From NCBI GenBank assembly GCA_964016885.1, contig OZ024747.1, positions 434,001 to 498,000 on the forward strand: a stretch of DNA of 64,000 bases, given 5' to 3'. This stretch comes from Eledone cirrhosa (Eukaryota). This document shows positions 26,290 to 39,336 of this stretch, in pieces. Position 1 is the stretch's first letter, and each line of letters opens with the position of its first letter. The position numbers and the translations under genes were made by a program. The notes beneath the pieces are model-generated. The model was not told the DNA's origin. It searched no databases and worked only from the letters and a program-made list of their open reading frames with translations.

Positions 26290-28720
26290 AAAGAAAAAAA
26301 CACCACCCTTCAAGTGGCACTCAACGAGAAAACTCCAAAGGAACCAAAAATAATCAACATATCGGCCAAAAAACTAACACAACAGGAAATCAAACTGTTA
26401 GAAATTGGACTGAGATTCACACCTACTCCAAAAGCAGATCAAGCCGACCTTATAAAAGACGCAGAAGATTTTTGTCAAAAATTACGTCTAGGAGAATTCT
26501 TCCAGGGTGTAGAATATGAGGAGGAATCACTAGTGAGAAACAAAAAGAACTTCAAACCCCCGTTAAATAGAGACAAACACCCAGAGGAATACATAACCTG
26601 CCTCCGACAATCAGCACAGTCAAATATTGCAGAGACGAAACACAAACACAACATTCCTACAGACCAACTGCTAGCACTAAACAAGCTACAAAAAGACTCC
26701 TCAATAATCATAAAAGAAGTGGACAAAGGTGGAGCAATTGTCATCATGGACAAAAACCACTACAAGGATATGGTCCTAGAACAGTTGAATAACGAGGACA
26801 TTTACAGAAAAATCAGCAAAAGCAAGAAAGAAAATCGATGATTAAAGTAGGCAAACTGGCGACCAAGTACCAAAACAACCTCACGTGAAAGGAAATCAAT
26901 TACTTAACCAACTTTGAAATGAAAACCATTAATTTTTATGGTTTACCGAAGGTTCGCAAATCCAGAGAAATCCAAAACAACATAAAAGGCAAAAATACAC
27001 CATATGTTGAAGTACCAAAACCGACAGATTTAAAATTACGCCCAATTGTTGCTGGTCCAGCCTCAAGCACACAACGTCTAAGCAACCTATTAGACATCAT
27101 ACTGAAACCCTTATGTAAAAAAGTGCCAAGCTTCATCAGAGATGATATGGAATTCCTGAACTATATCCCCCAGAAAGTACACCAAGAAACAAACTTAGTC
27201 AACTTTGACGTAACAAGCTTATATACTAAAATCCCACACGACTTAGGAGTTGAAGCTGTTGACTTTTGGATTACAAAACATCCAGACTACATTTCAGAGA
27301 GATTCCCCCAAAAATTTATTTTGGAAGGACTCAAATTAGTATTGGAGAACAACCACTTCCTCTTTGATAACGAACTGCATTTACAAATAAAAGGAATGGC
27401 TTGGGCACCAAAGTAGCCCCAACATAAGCAACACTCATTATGGGTCACCTAGAGGCAAAATTACATTCCAAACTGCAGGAAAAATTCAGTCATGACTTTG
27501 CTACCTACATTAATCACAAGTGGAAACGCTAACTAGACGACTGCTTCATCTTCTGGAATAGAAGCCAAGAAGGCCTGCAAAGATTCCATTCCATCATAAA
27601 CAATCTTCATGAAGCAATAAAATTTACCATGGAATGTAATAAAAAGGAACTACCATTTCTGGATATCCTTATCATTAAGGAAGAGGAAAATATCAAAACA
27701 GACTTATTTTACAAACTAACAGACATACACCAATACTTGAATTTCCAGTCAGCACACCCCTCACATACCAAAAGGAACATTCCCTTTAACATGGTAAGAT
27801 GCATCTGCACCATAGTAACACACCCCACACTACAGAAAAAAAAAGATCATATGAACTAAAAGGGTTCCTTAAAAGACAAGAATATCCAGTGAACCTCATC
27901 AATACAGCCATCTCCAAAGCCCAGAACATTCCAGTGACAACACTGAGAAAAACAAAGCAACAAAATAAAATGGAAAAAACAGTTATCCCTTTTGTCATCA
28001 CTCACAGTCCAAGGAACTTCAACATTGTGAAAGCCGCTAAACAATATCTCCAGATTCTCCAGCTGTCCCCTAAAATGAATGCACTGATAAAAGACGCACA
28101 AATAATATATAGTAGACTCCAAGCACCCAACCAAAAGAAACTACTTACCAAGGCAAAATTTATGTCTAAGAATGAAGCAATGCAAGTTAAGAAATGCGTG
28201 GACCCTCGATGTGGAACTTATGACCACATTGAAGAGGGTGGGCAAATCTCCTTTATAAAGAAAGTTTTTCACAGTTAATGCAAACATGAATTGCAAAACC
28301 AAAACCTTGATTTACTGTGAACCTGCCCACAATGTAAAGAATACTACATTGGTGAAACCAGAATGGGTCTACATGACAGTTCGAGTACATAAACAACAAA
28401 TTAGAGACCCCTCTGTCAGAAACACCACATCAGTGAACACTTCACAACATGTGGAAAGGGAAAATTCACAATTTTCCCCTTCTTTAAGATATGGTCGGAC
28501 AACGAACATTTCTGAAAATATAAAGAAGAATTCTTTATTAGAAAGTACAAACCACTAGTGAACACAAAAAAATGATATTCCATCTTCAAGTAACGGGAGT
28601 CTCCCCCTCTCTCTTTTCTTTAAAAAGAAAAACATCCAAATAGAAGTTAATAACACCCGCACGTTCAAACATTCGATCGTTGAAGAGAAGAAAAACCCTC
28701 AGAGGTACACTAACATTTCA
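26290..28720 (+). mobile_element. Penelope-like retroelement with frameshifted RT + GIY-YIG
   Basis: GLRFTPTP, DKGGAIVIMD, FYGLPKVRK, LRPIV, FDVTSLYT, LDDCF, LPFLD, AHPSHTK, then LIYC..CPQC..YYIGET across frames. Confidence 0.92.
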
Positions 28721-28878
28721 TTAATTTCCTCTTCCCCACCCCCATGCATATGTGAACTTAAATACTTGAGTAGATGTGTATACATATGTGTGTGTAGACG
28801 TGTTTGTATGTATATCTGTAGGTGTACAGGTATGTGTGTGCATGTGTGTGTATATATATATGAATATATGTGTGTGTA

Positions 28879-29213
28879 TCATCATCCTCATCATTTTACG
28901 TCTGCTTTTCCTTGCTTGCAAGGGTGGGATGGGAACTGATTCTGGCTTGATTTCTACAGCTGGATGCCCCTCCTAACACCAACCTCATTTACAGTGAGTG
29001 CTGGGTGCTTTTTTCTGTGACACCTACACGACCACTTTGCAATGGAATGATAGGGACCCCAGTCCTATCATCTCATTTCTACAGCTGAGTAAACTGGAGC
29101 AATGTGAAAGAAAGTGTCTTGCTCAAGGAAACAACACATCACCTGGTCTGAGATTGAACTCACAACCTTTCGATTGCAAGGCCAATGCTCTAACCACTAA
29201 GCCATGTTCCTCC
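28879..29213 (-). mobile_element. SINE family B
   Basis: Near-identical to 759-1102. Confidence 0.88.
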
Positions 29214-29230
29214 ATATATATATATATAAA

Positions 29231-30258
29231 TATAAGTATGTATATGTACATAACATATATGTATACAGACGTACAGTAGTATGTATATACATGCACACAT
29301 ATATATATGTATGTATGGGTTTACCGAACATTTATTATAATGCTCGGTTTGTTTGTAAACAAACAGCCCGAAATTATTAGCCGTACAATGTTCGGCAACC
29401 ATCGTTGCTCTTTTGTTCAACACTGACAAAGGAACGATGAACTAGTTTCTAGCTTATTAGCTGTTATCAGCACCGTATACCTTCCTGTCAGTCGATTGAA
29501 CGTTTGAAAGTATATACTTTCCTCATGCATATTAACGGCTAAGCAGCCTAATTTGCATATCGAGTGAGTTAGTTGGCCGGGTGTACCGAAAACGATAAAT
29601 GGAAAAAATGAAATTTCATTTCTCACTCTTAGTACGGCTGATACTTAAATATAAGTATGTATACGTACATACATATATGTATACAGACATTCAGTAGTAT
29701 GTATATACATACATACATGCACACATATATATATATGTACGTATGTGTTGACTGAACATTTATTATAATGCTCGGTTTGTTTGTGAACAAACAGCCCGAA
29801 ATTATTAGCCGTACAGTGTTCGGCAAAATTTCATTTTTTCCATTTATCGTTTTCGGTACACCCGGCCAACTAACTCACTCGATATGCAAATTAGGCTGCT
29901 CAGCCGTTAATATGCATAAGGAAAGTATATACTTTCAAATGGTCAATCGACTGACAGGAAGGTATACGGTGCTGATGACAGCTAATAAGCTAGAAAATAG
30001 TTCATCGTTCCTTTGTCAGTGCTGAACAAAAGGGCAACGATGGTTGCCAAACACTGTACGGCTAATAATTTTGGGCTGTTTGTTTACAAACAAACCGTTA
30101 ATAAATGTTCGGTAAACCCATACGTACATATATATATGTGTGCATGTATGTATGTACATACTACTGTACGTCTGTATACATATATGTATGTATGTATACA
30201 TACTTATATTTAAGTATCAGCCGTACTAAGAGTGAGAAATGAAATTGCATTTTTTCCA
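29231..30258. repeat. 419-bp monomer + partial tandem copy + inverted copy; HHR-bearing (partial copy also at ~25370-25617)
   Basis: tataagtatg recurs at 29231 and 29650; 29826-30258 is inverted; cggtg CTGATGA cagct aata agcta GAAA atag TT catcg at 29967-30007. Confidence 0.88.
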
Positions 30259-30900
30259 TATATATATATATACATATACATATATATATGTGTGTGTTTA
30301 TGTGTGTGTATGTATGTATGTACATATGTGTAGGTGTGTGTATGTAGGTGTATATATATATGTATATATATATATATATATGTATGCATATGTATGTATA
30401 TGTGTGTATATATATATGTGTGTATATATGTGTGTGTATATATATATATATATGTGTGTGTATATATATATATATATATGTGTATATATATGTGTGTGTA
30501 TGTGTATAAATATATATGTGTGTATATGTGTGTGTGTATGTGTGTAATATATATGGGATGTAAGTATATTTACATATAGGGAAGTGAATATATGAGCTAG
30601 CATGTCTCCCCCCACACTTCCCCTCCCAAACCAATACCAACAACATACATTTCTGACAAATATTCCAAAACTATCTTTATTCTTCTCTTTGCTGTCATCC
30701 CATTCTTATCAACAGACATGTATCTTACACCTCATTAACCCCACTGCCACCAGACACGCACCTTACACCTCATTAACCCCACTGCCACCAGACACGCACC
30801 TAAATTCATCTTTAATATAGAAAATTGTTGAAGGTTTTCTTTATAAATTTAAAAGAGTTGATTCAGCTATAGGAAACGAATTTGAAAAACATCCTGCCAT

Positions 30901-31086
30901 TTGGATTGGCAGTATCGGTAGAGAGTCGGACGCCATGCTTTGCAGCACAGTTACGTCCCTTTACGGACTGAGTTCAAATCCCGCCGAGGTTAACTTTGCC
31001 TTTCATCCTTACGGGGTCGATAAAATAAAGTACCAGTAATACACTGCGATAATTGCTGGCCTTGTGCCAAAAAGTAGAAACAATTA
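30901..31086 (+). mobile_element. SINE family A
   Basis: Near-identical to 5537-5722. Confidence 0.85.
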
Positions 31087-31464
31087 TATTCATCAAAGAT
31101 CATTTATTGAAATGGAACCAGCAGGAGGGCACTTTTACAGCCCCTTTCTTAAACACTCCCATCCCATTATCTTGCTGTCAACATTCACCATTTTCTATGT
31201 ATATATATGTGTGTGTGTGTTTGCATTAATTCCTTTAAATCTTCCTCAACACTCCTTCACTCCCACATTCATTAACACCGCACCCCAACCAGACACATCC
31301 AAATCTCTCTTATATATATAGAGTCACACATCACAACACAACCTGATCTCCATTTGACAATCGCCACCAACAAATGCGAGAAAGTTCCCCAGGAAAGTTA
31401 ACCAGGAATCTTTAAAAATCTTCCCACCGAAGTGAACAAAGAACTTACTAGACCTACCAACTCA

Positions 31465-32357
31465 TCTATATATATAAAACTGTGGTTGTCTGTCTGTCTA
31501 TCGATTTTTGGCACACATCTCCTCTTAGAATCTCTCACGGAATTGCACCGAAATTGCTATACTTGTACATTGAGCCCTAGCGAAGACATCGGAAAAAAAA
31601 AATTTCAAATTGACCCACCCTATGTGACGAAATTGAATATAATGTATCGATTTTTGAGCGTAAGTGATCAGTTATTTCCCTTTGTTCTGTTTACATTGAG
31701 CGTCTTACGTAAAAAATTACGCTGGCTTTAACAGTTGTCGAGCCAGCAAAATATTGACCTGCAAAATTCATCAGTTCGAACACTAAGCTTCCGTTTTGCT
31801 TCATTTCCATTTAAAAGCATTTTAAAACAATATTTTTACTTGAAAACAAGTCTATTTAAAGACTACGTAAAACAAGCAAATATTTCGTCGTTAGGCGTGC
31901 AGACAGACAGTCGTGCAGACAGACAGTCGTGCAGACAGACAGTCGTGCAGAGAGGTGATATAGGCGTGCAGACAGACAGTCGTGCAGAGAGCTGATATAG
32001 GCGTGCAGACAGACAGTCGTGCAGAGAGGTGATATAGGCGTGCAGACAGACATAACTGATAATTTGGTTACGCTAATGTTTTTCTCTGCGTTGCAGTGTT
32101 TACATTTTCGATCTTTGTTAATAAATAACCAGTGCAGTTTCTATCCCCAGCATCCTCTTTTGTTATAACATTCGGGTTATCGTTATGTTTTCTTAACTTC
32201 ATAAGGCATATTGTTGGTTGAGGGAATATTAATCAAAAACACCACATGCAAGTTTGCACAGTAGACACTACAGTTTTTAAGCCAAGAAAGAAACTTAACA
32301 TTATAACTTTAACACAGCTACTGAGCGACCCCGAGCAACGCCGGGCTTTACTGCTAG
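31465..32357 (+). mobile_element. Non-autonomous Helitron
   Basis: 5' TC, 3' CTAG, GC hairpin CCCGAGCAACGCCGGG ~12 nt before the end, inserted between A and T with no TSD; empty site on the - strand near 25961-25990; internal minisatellite 31893-32051. Confidence 0.9.
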
Positions 32358-32423
32358 TAATATTATAAAATTAAATCAAATTGTTTAGAACTACAAGCGA
32401 AGTCATTCTTTTCCTTTTTTTTT

Positions 32424-32459
<36 letters not shown>

Positions 32460-32945
32460 TTATGAATTATGAAAGTGGTGGAAGATATGAAATTTGAAAA
32501 TGTGAGAATTCCAAATAGAGAAAGTATCTGTAATAATTGACAGTTGTCACAAATAATAGTTGAGAAAATCAGGTAAAATACTTCTAGAGATGGAAAAAAA
32601 GTATCCAGAAACACCAACAGTAAACCTCATATCTCGTGAATACCATGTGAGTGAGTTACTTTTACTCTAAGGTGTTACTGGCCATTTTTTCCCATCTTTA
32701 GGGATACTTTATATGATTTTATCAGCTATTATTTTTAACAATTGTCACTTATAACAGTTATTTCTTACATCTGGGATTATCTCTTTTTCTCACACACACA
32801 CACACACATTTGTATGTGGTTGATGGCTGAAAGAAAGGAGTTCTCAATACTGAAGTAGAGTTTTAATATTTATTTTTATTAAGGCTAAAACGTGAGTCTT
32901 GTTACTCTGGAGTTTCGCCAGTTTATCACAGGATCATAATAATAA

Positions 32946-33000
<55 letters not shown>

Positions 33001-33349
33001 CTTTATATATATATATATATATTTCTTTATATATATTCATTTCTATCGGTTACCTTACCATGCTGTATTCATTTCTATCGGTTATTTTGATAGCCATGAC
33101 TCCCTATTTCCCCAATTGCAAATGTTCTGCTCGCAACTATTGCTGTATTTATCACTTCGCTAGCTCCCACAACACATTTATTTTGTTACCCTCATTTTCT
33201 CTACCATGCTGCCTCTCTATCTGTCTATTTTTCCATCAAAGGCTACAGGCCATGACTGGCTATTATTATTATTGTAGCTGTATTCATTTCTATCGGTTAT
33301 CTTACCATGCTGTATTCACTTCTATCGGTTATTTTGATAGCCATGACTG

Positions 33350-35046
33350 GCTGCCTACCTCACGATTTCCCTCCCACCACCATAGCCTATTCGACCAATC
33401 AAACCTCAGCATGCCATTTCTTCTACTACTACTACTACCTAACTCTCTCCTCCCCCATCCTAGCCCAACAGACCCTGCCATTATTACCACCACCACTGTT
33501 CTTCTAGCCCTGAATTTTCCTACCGTTATGTATGGATGAGCTGAGAATAAATTGGAGCAACTCTGAATTAATAGATGAAATGAATATGAATCCGCGAGCT
33601 ACCAAGCACCCATGTGAAGCCCCAATCCAGAGACAGGAAGCACACACACCCCTGCAAAAATCGACCCTTCCCTTCGAGTGTCGACAAATGCCCAAAACTC
33701 TGAGTTGGTACCATCAATGTAAGCACAATGAAAGGAAGAACAGGAGAAATAGTAGAAATGCTAGAGTGAAAGGAAATTGATGTATGCTGTGTGCAAGAGA
33801 GGAGAGTCTGCTAGAGTCCTTGTCGGAAAAAGTCAGTGCTACAAATTTTTCTGGGTGGGAAATGACGATGGGATGGGTGGTGTAGGTATACTACTAGCTG
33901 ACAAGTGGGTAGATAAAGTAATCTCAGTGTACAGAGTAAATGCAAGAATCATTGAACTCAGACTAGTCCTGAATAAAACAATTACCACAATAATATCAGC
34001 TAACGCACCCCAATCGGGGTTGCCAGACGAACTTAAGGATAGGTTTTATGAGTCCCTAATGCACACTACTGCTCTAACAAACGTCAATGACTTCCTAATC
34101 ATCGCAGGAGATTTTAACGAACACATAGGTAAACACTGTGACGGCGTCAATAGAGTCCATGGAGGCCACGGGGGTTGGCACAAGAAATGAAGAAGGATTC
34201 AGACTTCTAGAATTCTGCGACGCCAATGACATGTCGATAGGTAATACAAACTTCAAAAAACCCGACAACCACCTGATCACCTATAGATCAGGGGAGCATT
34301 CTAGTCAGATAGATTTTATCCTCATCAGAGGACGTGACAGATGGACGGTCATAAACACAAAAGCCTACCCTAGTGAGGAATGTACCTCCCAACATAGCTT
34401 AGTTGTCAGCGACCTCACGGTCAGAACTAGACGAACTTGGAAACAGAGGCCAACCTGGAGAAGAAAGATCTGGAAGCTGAAAGACCCCTCAGCCAGTAAC
34501 AGATTTAAAGATATTTTACTCAACGCCTACGACAGTAAAGAAGAACAGATACAGACATTCAAGGTAGAAGAGCACTGGGAGTTCCTAAAAAATAACTTAC
34601 TAGAGGCGACGGATGAGGTCTGTGGCTGGAGTAAGACCACAAGCAGGAGGAGAGTGACTTGGTGGTGGAACAATAAGGTAGATGAGGCAGTTAAGGCCAA
34701 GAGACAAGCATGGAAAGAATGGAAGAACGGGGGCAGCAGGGTACATTACATAGAGACCAAGAGGGAAGCTAGGCGACAAGTATACTTAGCTAGGAGGGAA
34801 GCAGAGGATAGAAAATTCAAGCATGTTTTGCAATGTGAGGACCAGAAACAGGAGGTGTTCAAGATTGCGAGGCAGTGTGTCAGAGAGAATTGTGATGTCA
34901 TTGGAGAGAAGTGTATCCGGAATGATAAAGGTGAGCTTGCCCTCACAAGTGCTGAGAAGAAAGATGCATGGAAGAGCCATTATGATAGATTACTAAATGA
35001 GGAGAATGCATGGGAAGAAGAGACCCTACCCCAAGTAGATCCTATA
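33350..35046 (+). mobile_element. 5' half of an RTE LINE (5' UTR, frameshifted APE domain, linker)
   Basis: Close match to the 5' half of the 43-46 kb element; 11-nt deletion at ~33800 and a second frameshift near 34170; stops abruptly at LPQVDPI. Confidence 0.92.
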
Positions 35047-37703
35047 TTAATTGTGTGTCTATTTAATAGACACACAATTAAGCTTTCTTATTCTACAACT
35101 ATGAATATGGCCCAAAACATCGCTAAACTAAATAGTAAAATTCTAAACCAAAATCACCATAATGCTGTTAATAAAAGTGTTAATATAAATAATAATAAAT
35201 CGAAATGTAATTGTAGAAATAAACCATATTGCCCTCTGCAAAATAATTGTCTGGATAGAAATCTGGTGTATAAATGCACCATAAAAACAAATAACAACAC
35301 ATACAACTACATAGGGGCAACTTCTTCGACATTTAAATCGAGATTTGCGAATCACAAATGCTCGTTTTCGAATTTTAATAGGAAGCCTTCGACTTCTTTA
35401 TCACAACTTATATGGTCAATAAAAGACAAAAATTTTAAATACTCGATTTTTTGGACGAAGCTTTGTAATAGTAAAATATACTCGAACTCGTCTATATCAA
35501 CTAACTGCAACCTCTGCACAAAGGAGACCCTATTAATAATTACTAATTATAAAAACTTAATTAACAAAAAAAAAGAATTATTCTCAAACTGCCTTCATAA
35601 AGCTTTGTCTACATTCCAAGCTGCAAAATGTCAGGAAAAAACACTAAACAAACAGGCTTTAATTTTTGACGTCTCTTATTAACTGTTGGACCTAAAAAGT
35701 CATAACAGTTTATAAAACTTTAATAATGCTTTATTTTCTAATCATTTATGATAGAATTAATGTTAGAATGAAAGATCCTCTTTAGGTATATAAACATATT
35801 ATTTGGTAACTTGTTTACTTGATAAATATGCACACCTTAGGATTATTTTAGATATTTATAATTTAGATTCGGATCTTTATTTATCTGTCTCTGTTTTAAA
35901 TATATAATTTGGATATTTAACTTGTAAATTTACCGGTTATAATTGAACTGTAGATCATTCATGCATTTGCATATTTTATTCATTTTGGGTATGTTTTGGA
36001 GACTCAGAAAGTTAGATTTGCACTTATATATTTTTCTATATATCTAGGTATAAATATAACAAACCATGCTAGTCGACAAATATTGGTCTCTCTCTCCACT
36101 GAACTGGAGGTAAAACTACAATTATAGCATTACTAATAATGATTATAATTATTTATTTATTAAATGTATATCGTTTCATTAATACCTATAATACTCTCTC
36201 TATATAGTTGTACAAATATGTTTATCTAGTGTAATAACATACTCGTAGTTGCATTTATAAATAATTTAGATACTCAAATGACTCTCTATTGTTATAAGTG
36301 TTAGATATTCCCTGGATGTTCGAAATTATATAATGATTATTACTTAATTTAATATAATTTAATTTAATTTATTTTAATTAAATTTATTTTAATTAAATTT
36401 AGATTACCTTCGGTTTTTTCAAGTATTTAGCTCCTCTTTCTACCACATTCGCTGGATATTTTAGAAGTATCTTTTGTCTACTATATATTAAAACCCTATT
36501 ACATTTTATACTATATTTTTAATATTGGGCATTTTTAAGTTTCGCAAACAATTAATTATTTTTCACTTTTTTTTTTTTTTTTTTAAAATATTTATTTTGT
36601 ATCTAGCCCTTATCCTTAGGACTCATGTAGTTTTGACTTATATATTTATAGTATATATCAACTAAATGAACATTTTACAATAAAATTGGTATAAAACATT
36701 AATTTTTAACAATATTTTCAGTAACTTATTTACTATATTGTATTATTGTATTATGTTATATATATTTGAAAGGTATCACCTAAGTCTTTAGACATTATAA
36801 TCCTTGTGTATTTTTTTTATTAACACATATATATAATTTAAAATTCAGACTTCTTTAAGTTTAATTATAAGGCCTGTTGATCCTTTAGGCATTCAAACTG
36901 TTAATCATAAATTCTTTAATAATTATAACTATAACTATAATTATTTTATAAATTATATTATATAAACTGTTGTCAATATTATAAATAATCTTGGTAAAGA
37001 TTACCTTCGTGAGGTTATAAAAACTTTATATATTTTCTTTCTCGTGATTCATAAATCCTTTAAATTTGATTTAATAAAATTTGAATTTTAGAAATTAAAC
37101 TTGATAGTATAATATAATATTAATACAGATACCTATTAACTTTTAAAACCTAAAATATTACTCATTACTCTGAACTAACTTAAATTAAATATTTTGAATA
37201 TTAACGGTCAACCAAATAAGTTTAGATATATATTGCATATATGGATAATTGTCTATAAACTTGAACATAAATTATTCCCCTTTGTCTCTCTCTCTTTAAT
37301 CATCTCTCATTTGTCTTTCGAGGCACCTACTAACTATATTATCCCATCAGCTGTTTCTTCTTCTATGCTTTCCTTTCTTTCCTCTTTCTTCAGTAGTTTA
37401 AATTTTTTAACTGTTATATTGATGCCATGTATTTTTTAAGCTGTATTACACGCACCCTCTCTATTGTATGTATTATATATTTTTCTCATGTTCTCAATAT
37501 TAAGGTATAAATATTGAGTTTTGTCATATTTTACTCACTACCATGACTGAATCTTAACCATCTACTATGTCAGGGTATGTCATGCATCATCTTATTTTAT
37601 CTGATGAGGACGTACTGTTGAACTTAAGTCAGTACCTCTGAAATATGTATAATAAAATATACTTGATCACAAGAATATCTATTTTGTTAATATTTTGAAT
37701 TAA
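35047..37703 (+). mobile_element. 3' part of a Penelope-like element: Cys-rich linker + GIY-YIG endonuclease (to 35682), long AT-rich tail, HHR-bearing terminal repeat
   Basis: CNCRNKPYCPLQNNCL-LVY…YIG…KSRFANH…CNLCTKE; the tail ends in the repeat also found at 8651-8813; continuity of the AT-rich middle is inferred. Confidence 0.75.
37594..37658 (+). ncRNA. Hammerhead ribozyme, same family as 8701
   Basis: Same core and stems; differences are confined to loop II. Confidence 0.75.
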
Positions 37704-37805
37704 TACATATATATATATATATATATATTCACAACCTCACTCGGGTTGAAAATCTGTGTGGTGAAATGCACTTACTTGAGTATGGTTCGCTAATTTGTTG
37801 TGGAA

Positions 37806-37836
<31 letters not shown>

Positions 37837-37910
37837 GTAGTATAGATGGTGGTAGTGGTAATAGTAGTAGTAGTTATACTCCCATTGATGCTATTATTGT
37901 TATTTTCCAG

Positions 37911-38024
37911 CTGAATATGAACAGCATAGTGGAGGAGATCAACGACAAACATATGGAACCATGGGCTGATGCTTGTCAAAGGGACAATGTCACAAATACA
38001 CCATTGAACCCATTTATTGACCAG
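37911..38024 (+). CDS. Exon of the same gene (LNMNSIVEEINDKHMEPWADACQRDNVTNTPLNPFIDQ)
   Basis: ttttccag acceptor, gtctgt donor; 114 nt, phase 0/0. Confidence 0.87.
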
Positions 38025-38694
38025 GTCTGTATCACCGTTTCTATTTTCCCTCCCACAGAAGAGAATTGGCAGAGTTGTTAGAACGTCAGAATACTTTGCA
38101 CTATATGTTCCACCAAGGTCAACTTTGCCATTCATCCATTCAAGGTCAATAAAAAATGTACCAGTCAAGTACTGGGGTCAATTCTTCCTCTACAGCCGTT
38201 GGGGTACTGAATTTGTTCATATTTATATATATATATACATATATATGAATGTATATATAGTGTATGTTGCAATACACTGTATGCTTAATTAAAAGAATTT
38301 CGAAGACCATATGCTATTGTTTTAGAGTAGTGACAGTCTCACTTACTTCAATTTTCAGCAAACAGGGGAGATAAAGCTAACAGAGCTCTGTTTCGCACTT
38401 TTTAGTGCTTATCAAAGCTAACTACTCCGCATGTTTGCTGAAAATTATGAATGTTTGATTCTTATAGAATTCCAGTAAAAATCAGGAACTGATTATACAG
38501 AGCTGTTGCCAGTCAAGCAGAAATTAAAAAATTAGAATTGGTGCTCTGAAATAGCGATATATATATGAATGTATATATAGTGTATTTTGCAATACATTGT
38601 ATGCTTAATTAAAAGCATTTCGAAGACCTTACACTATTGTTTTAGAGTAGTGACAGCCTCACTAACTTCAATTTTCAGCAAACAGGGGAGATAA

Positions 38695-38739
38695 AGCTGA
38701 CAGAGCTCTGTTTCGCACTTTTTAGTGCTTATCAAAGCT
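38695..38739 (-). ncRNA. Type I hammerhead ribozyme, U3-A8 core variant (another copy at 38375-38419 has a GUU triplet)
   Basis: agct TTGATAA gcact aaaa agtgc GAAA cagagctctg TC agct. Confidence 0.75.
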
Positions 38740-39056
38740 AACTACTCCGCTTGTTTGCTGAAAATTATGTATGTTTGATTCTTATAGAATTCCAGTAATA
38801 ATCAGGAACTGATTATACAGAGCTGTTACCAGTCAAGCAGAAATTGAAAATTAGAATTGGTGCTCCGAAATAGCGATATATATATGAATGTATATATAGT
38901 GTATTTTGCAATACACTGTATGCTTAATTAGAGCACCAATTCTAATTTTCAATTTCTGCTGGACGGGCGACCGTTCTGTATAATCAGTTCCTCATTATTA
39001 CTGGAATTCTATAAGAATCCAACACACATAATTTTCAGCAAACAGGAGGGGTAGTG

Positions 39057-39101
39057 AATTTTGATAAGTACCAAAAAGTACGAAACAGAGCTCTGTCAGT
39101 T
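39057..39101 (+). ncRNA. Type I hammerhead ribozyme, U3-A8 core variant
   Basis: aatt TTGATAA gtac caaaaa gtac GAAA cagagctctg TC agtt; GUC triplet; long distal stem I extension. Confidence 0.75.
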
Positions 39102-39257
39102 TATCTCCCCTGTTTGCTGAAGATTTAAATAAGTGACATTGTCACTATTTTAATACAATAGCGTATGGTCTTCAAAATGCTTTTAATTAAACATGCAGTG
39201 TATTGCAAAATACACTATATATACATTCATATATATATATCGCTATTTCAGAGCACC

Positions 39258-39260
<3 letters not shown>

Positions 39261-39336
<76 letters not shown>

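Larger units (their letters stand above)
38241..39262. repeat. ~320-bp tandem monomers (2.2 copies) plus one inverted copy; one HHR per monomer
   Basis: Units start at 38241, 38561 and 38880; inverted unit 38930-39262. Confidence 0.92.

Noticed and set aside
31893-32051. Regularly spaced repeats resembling a CRISPR array
   Set aside because: No unique spacers, no cas genes, eukaryotic context; it is a Helitron-internal minisatellite
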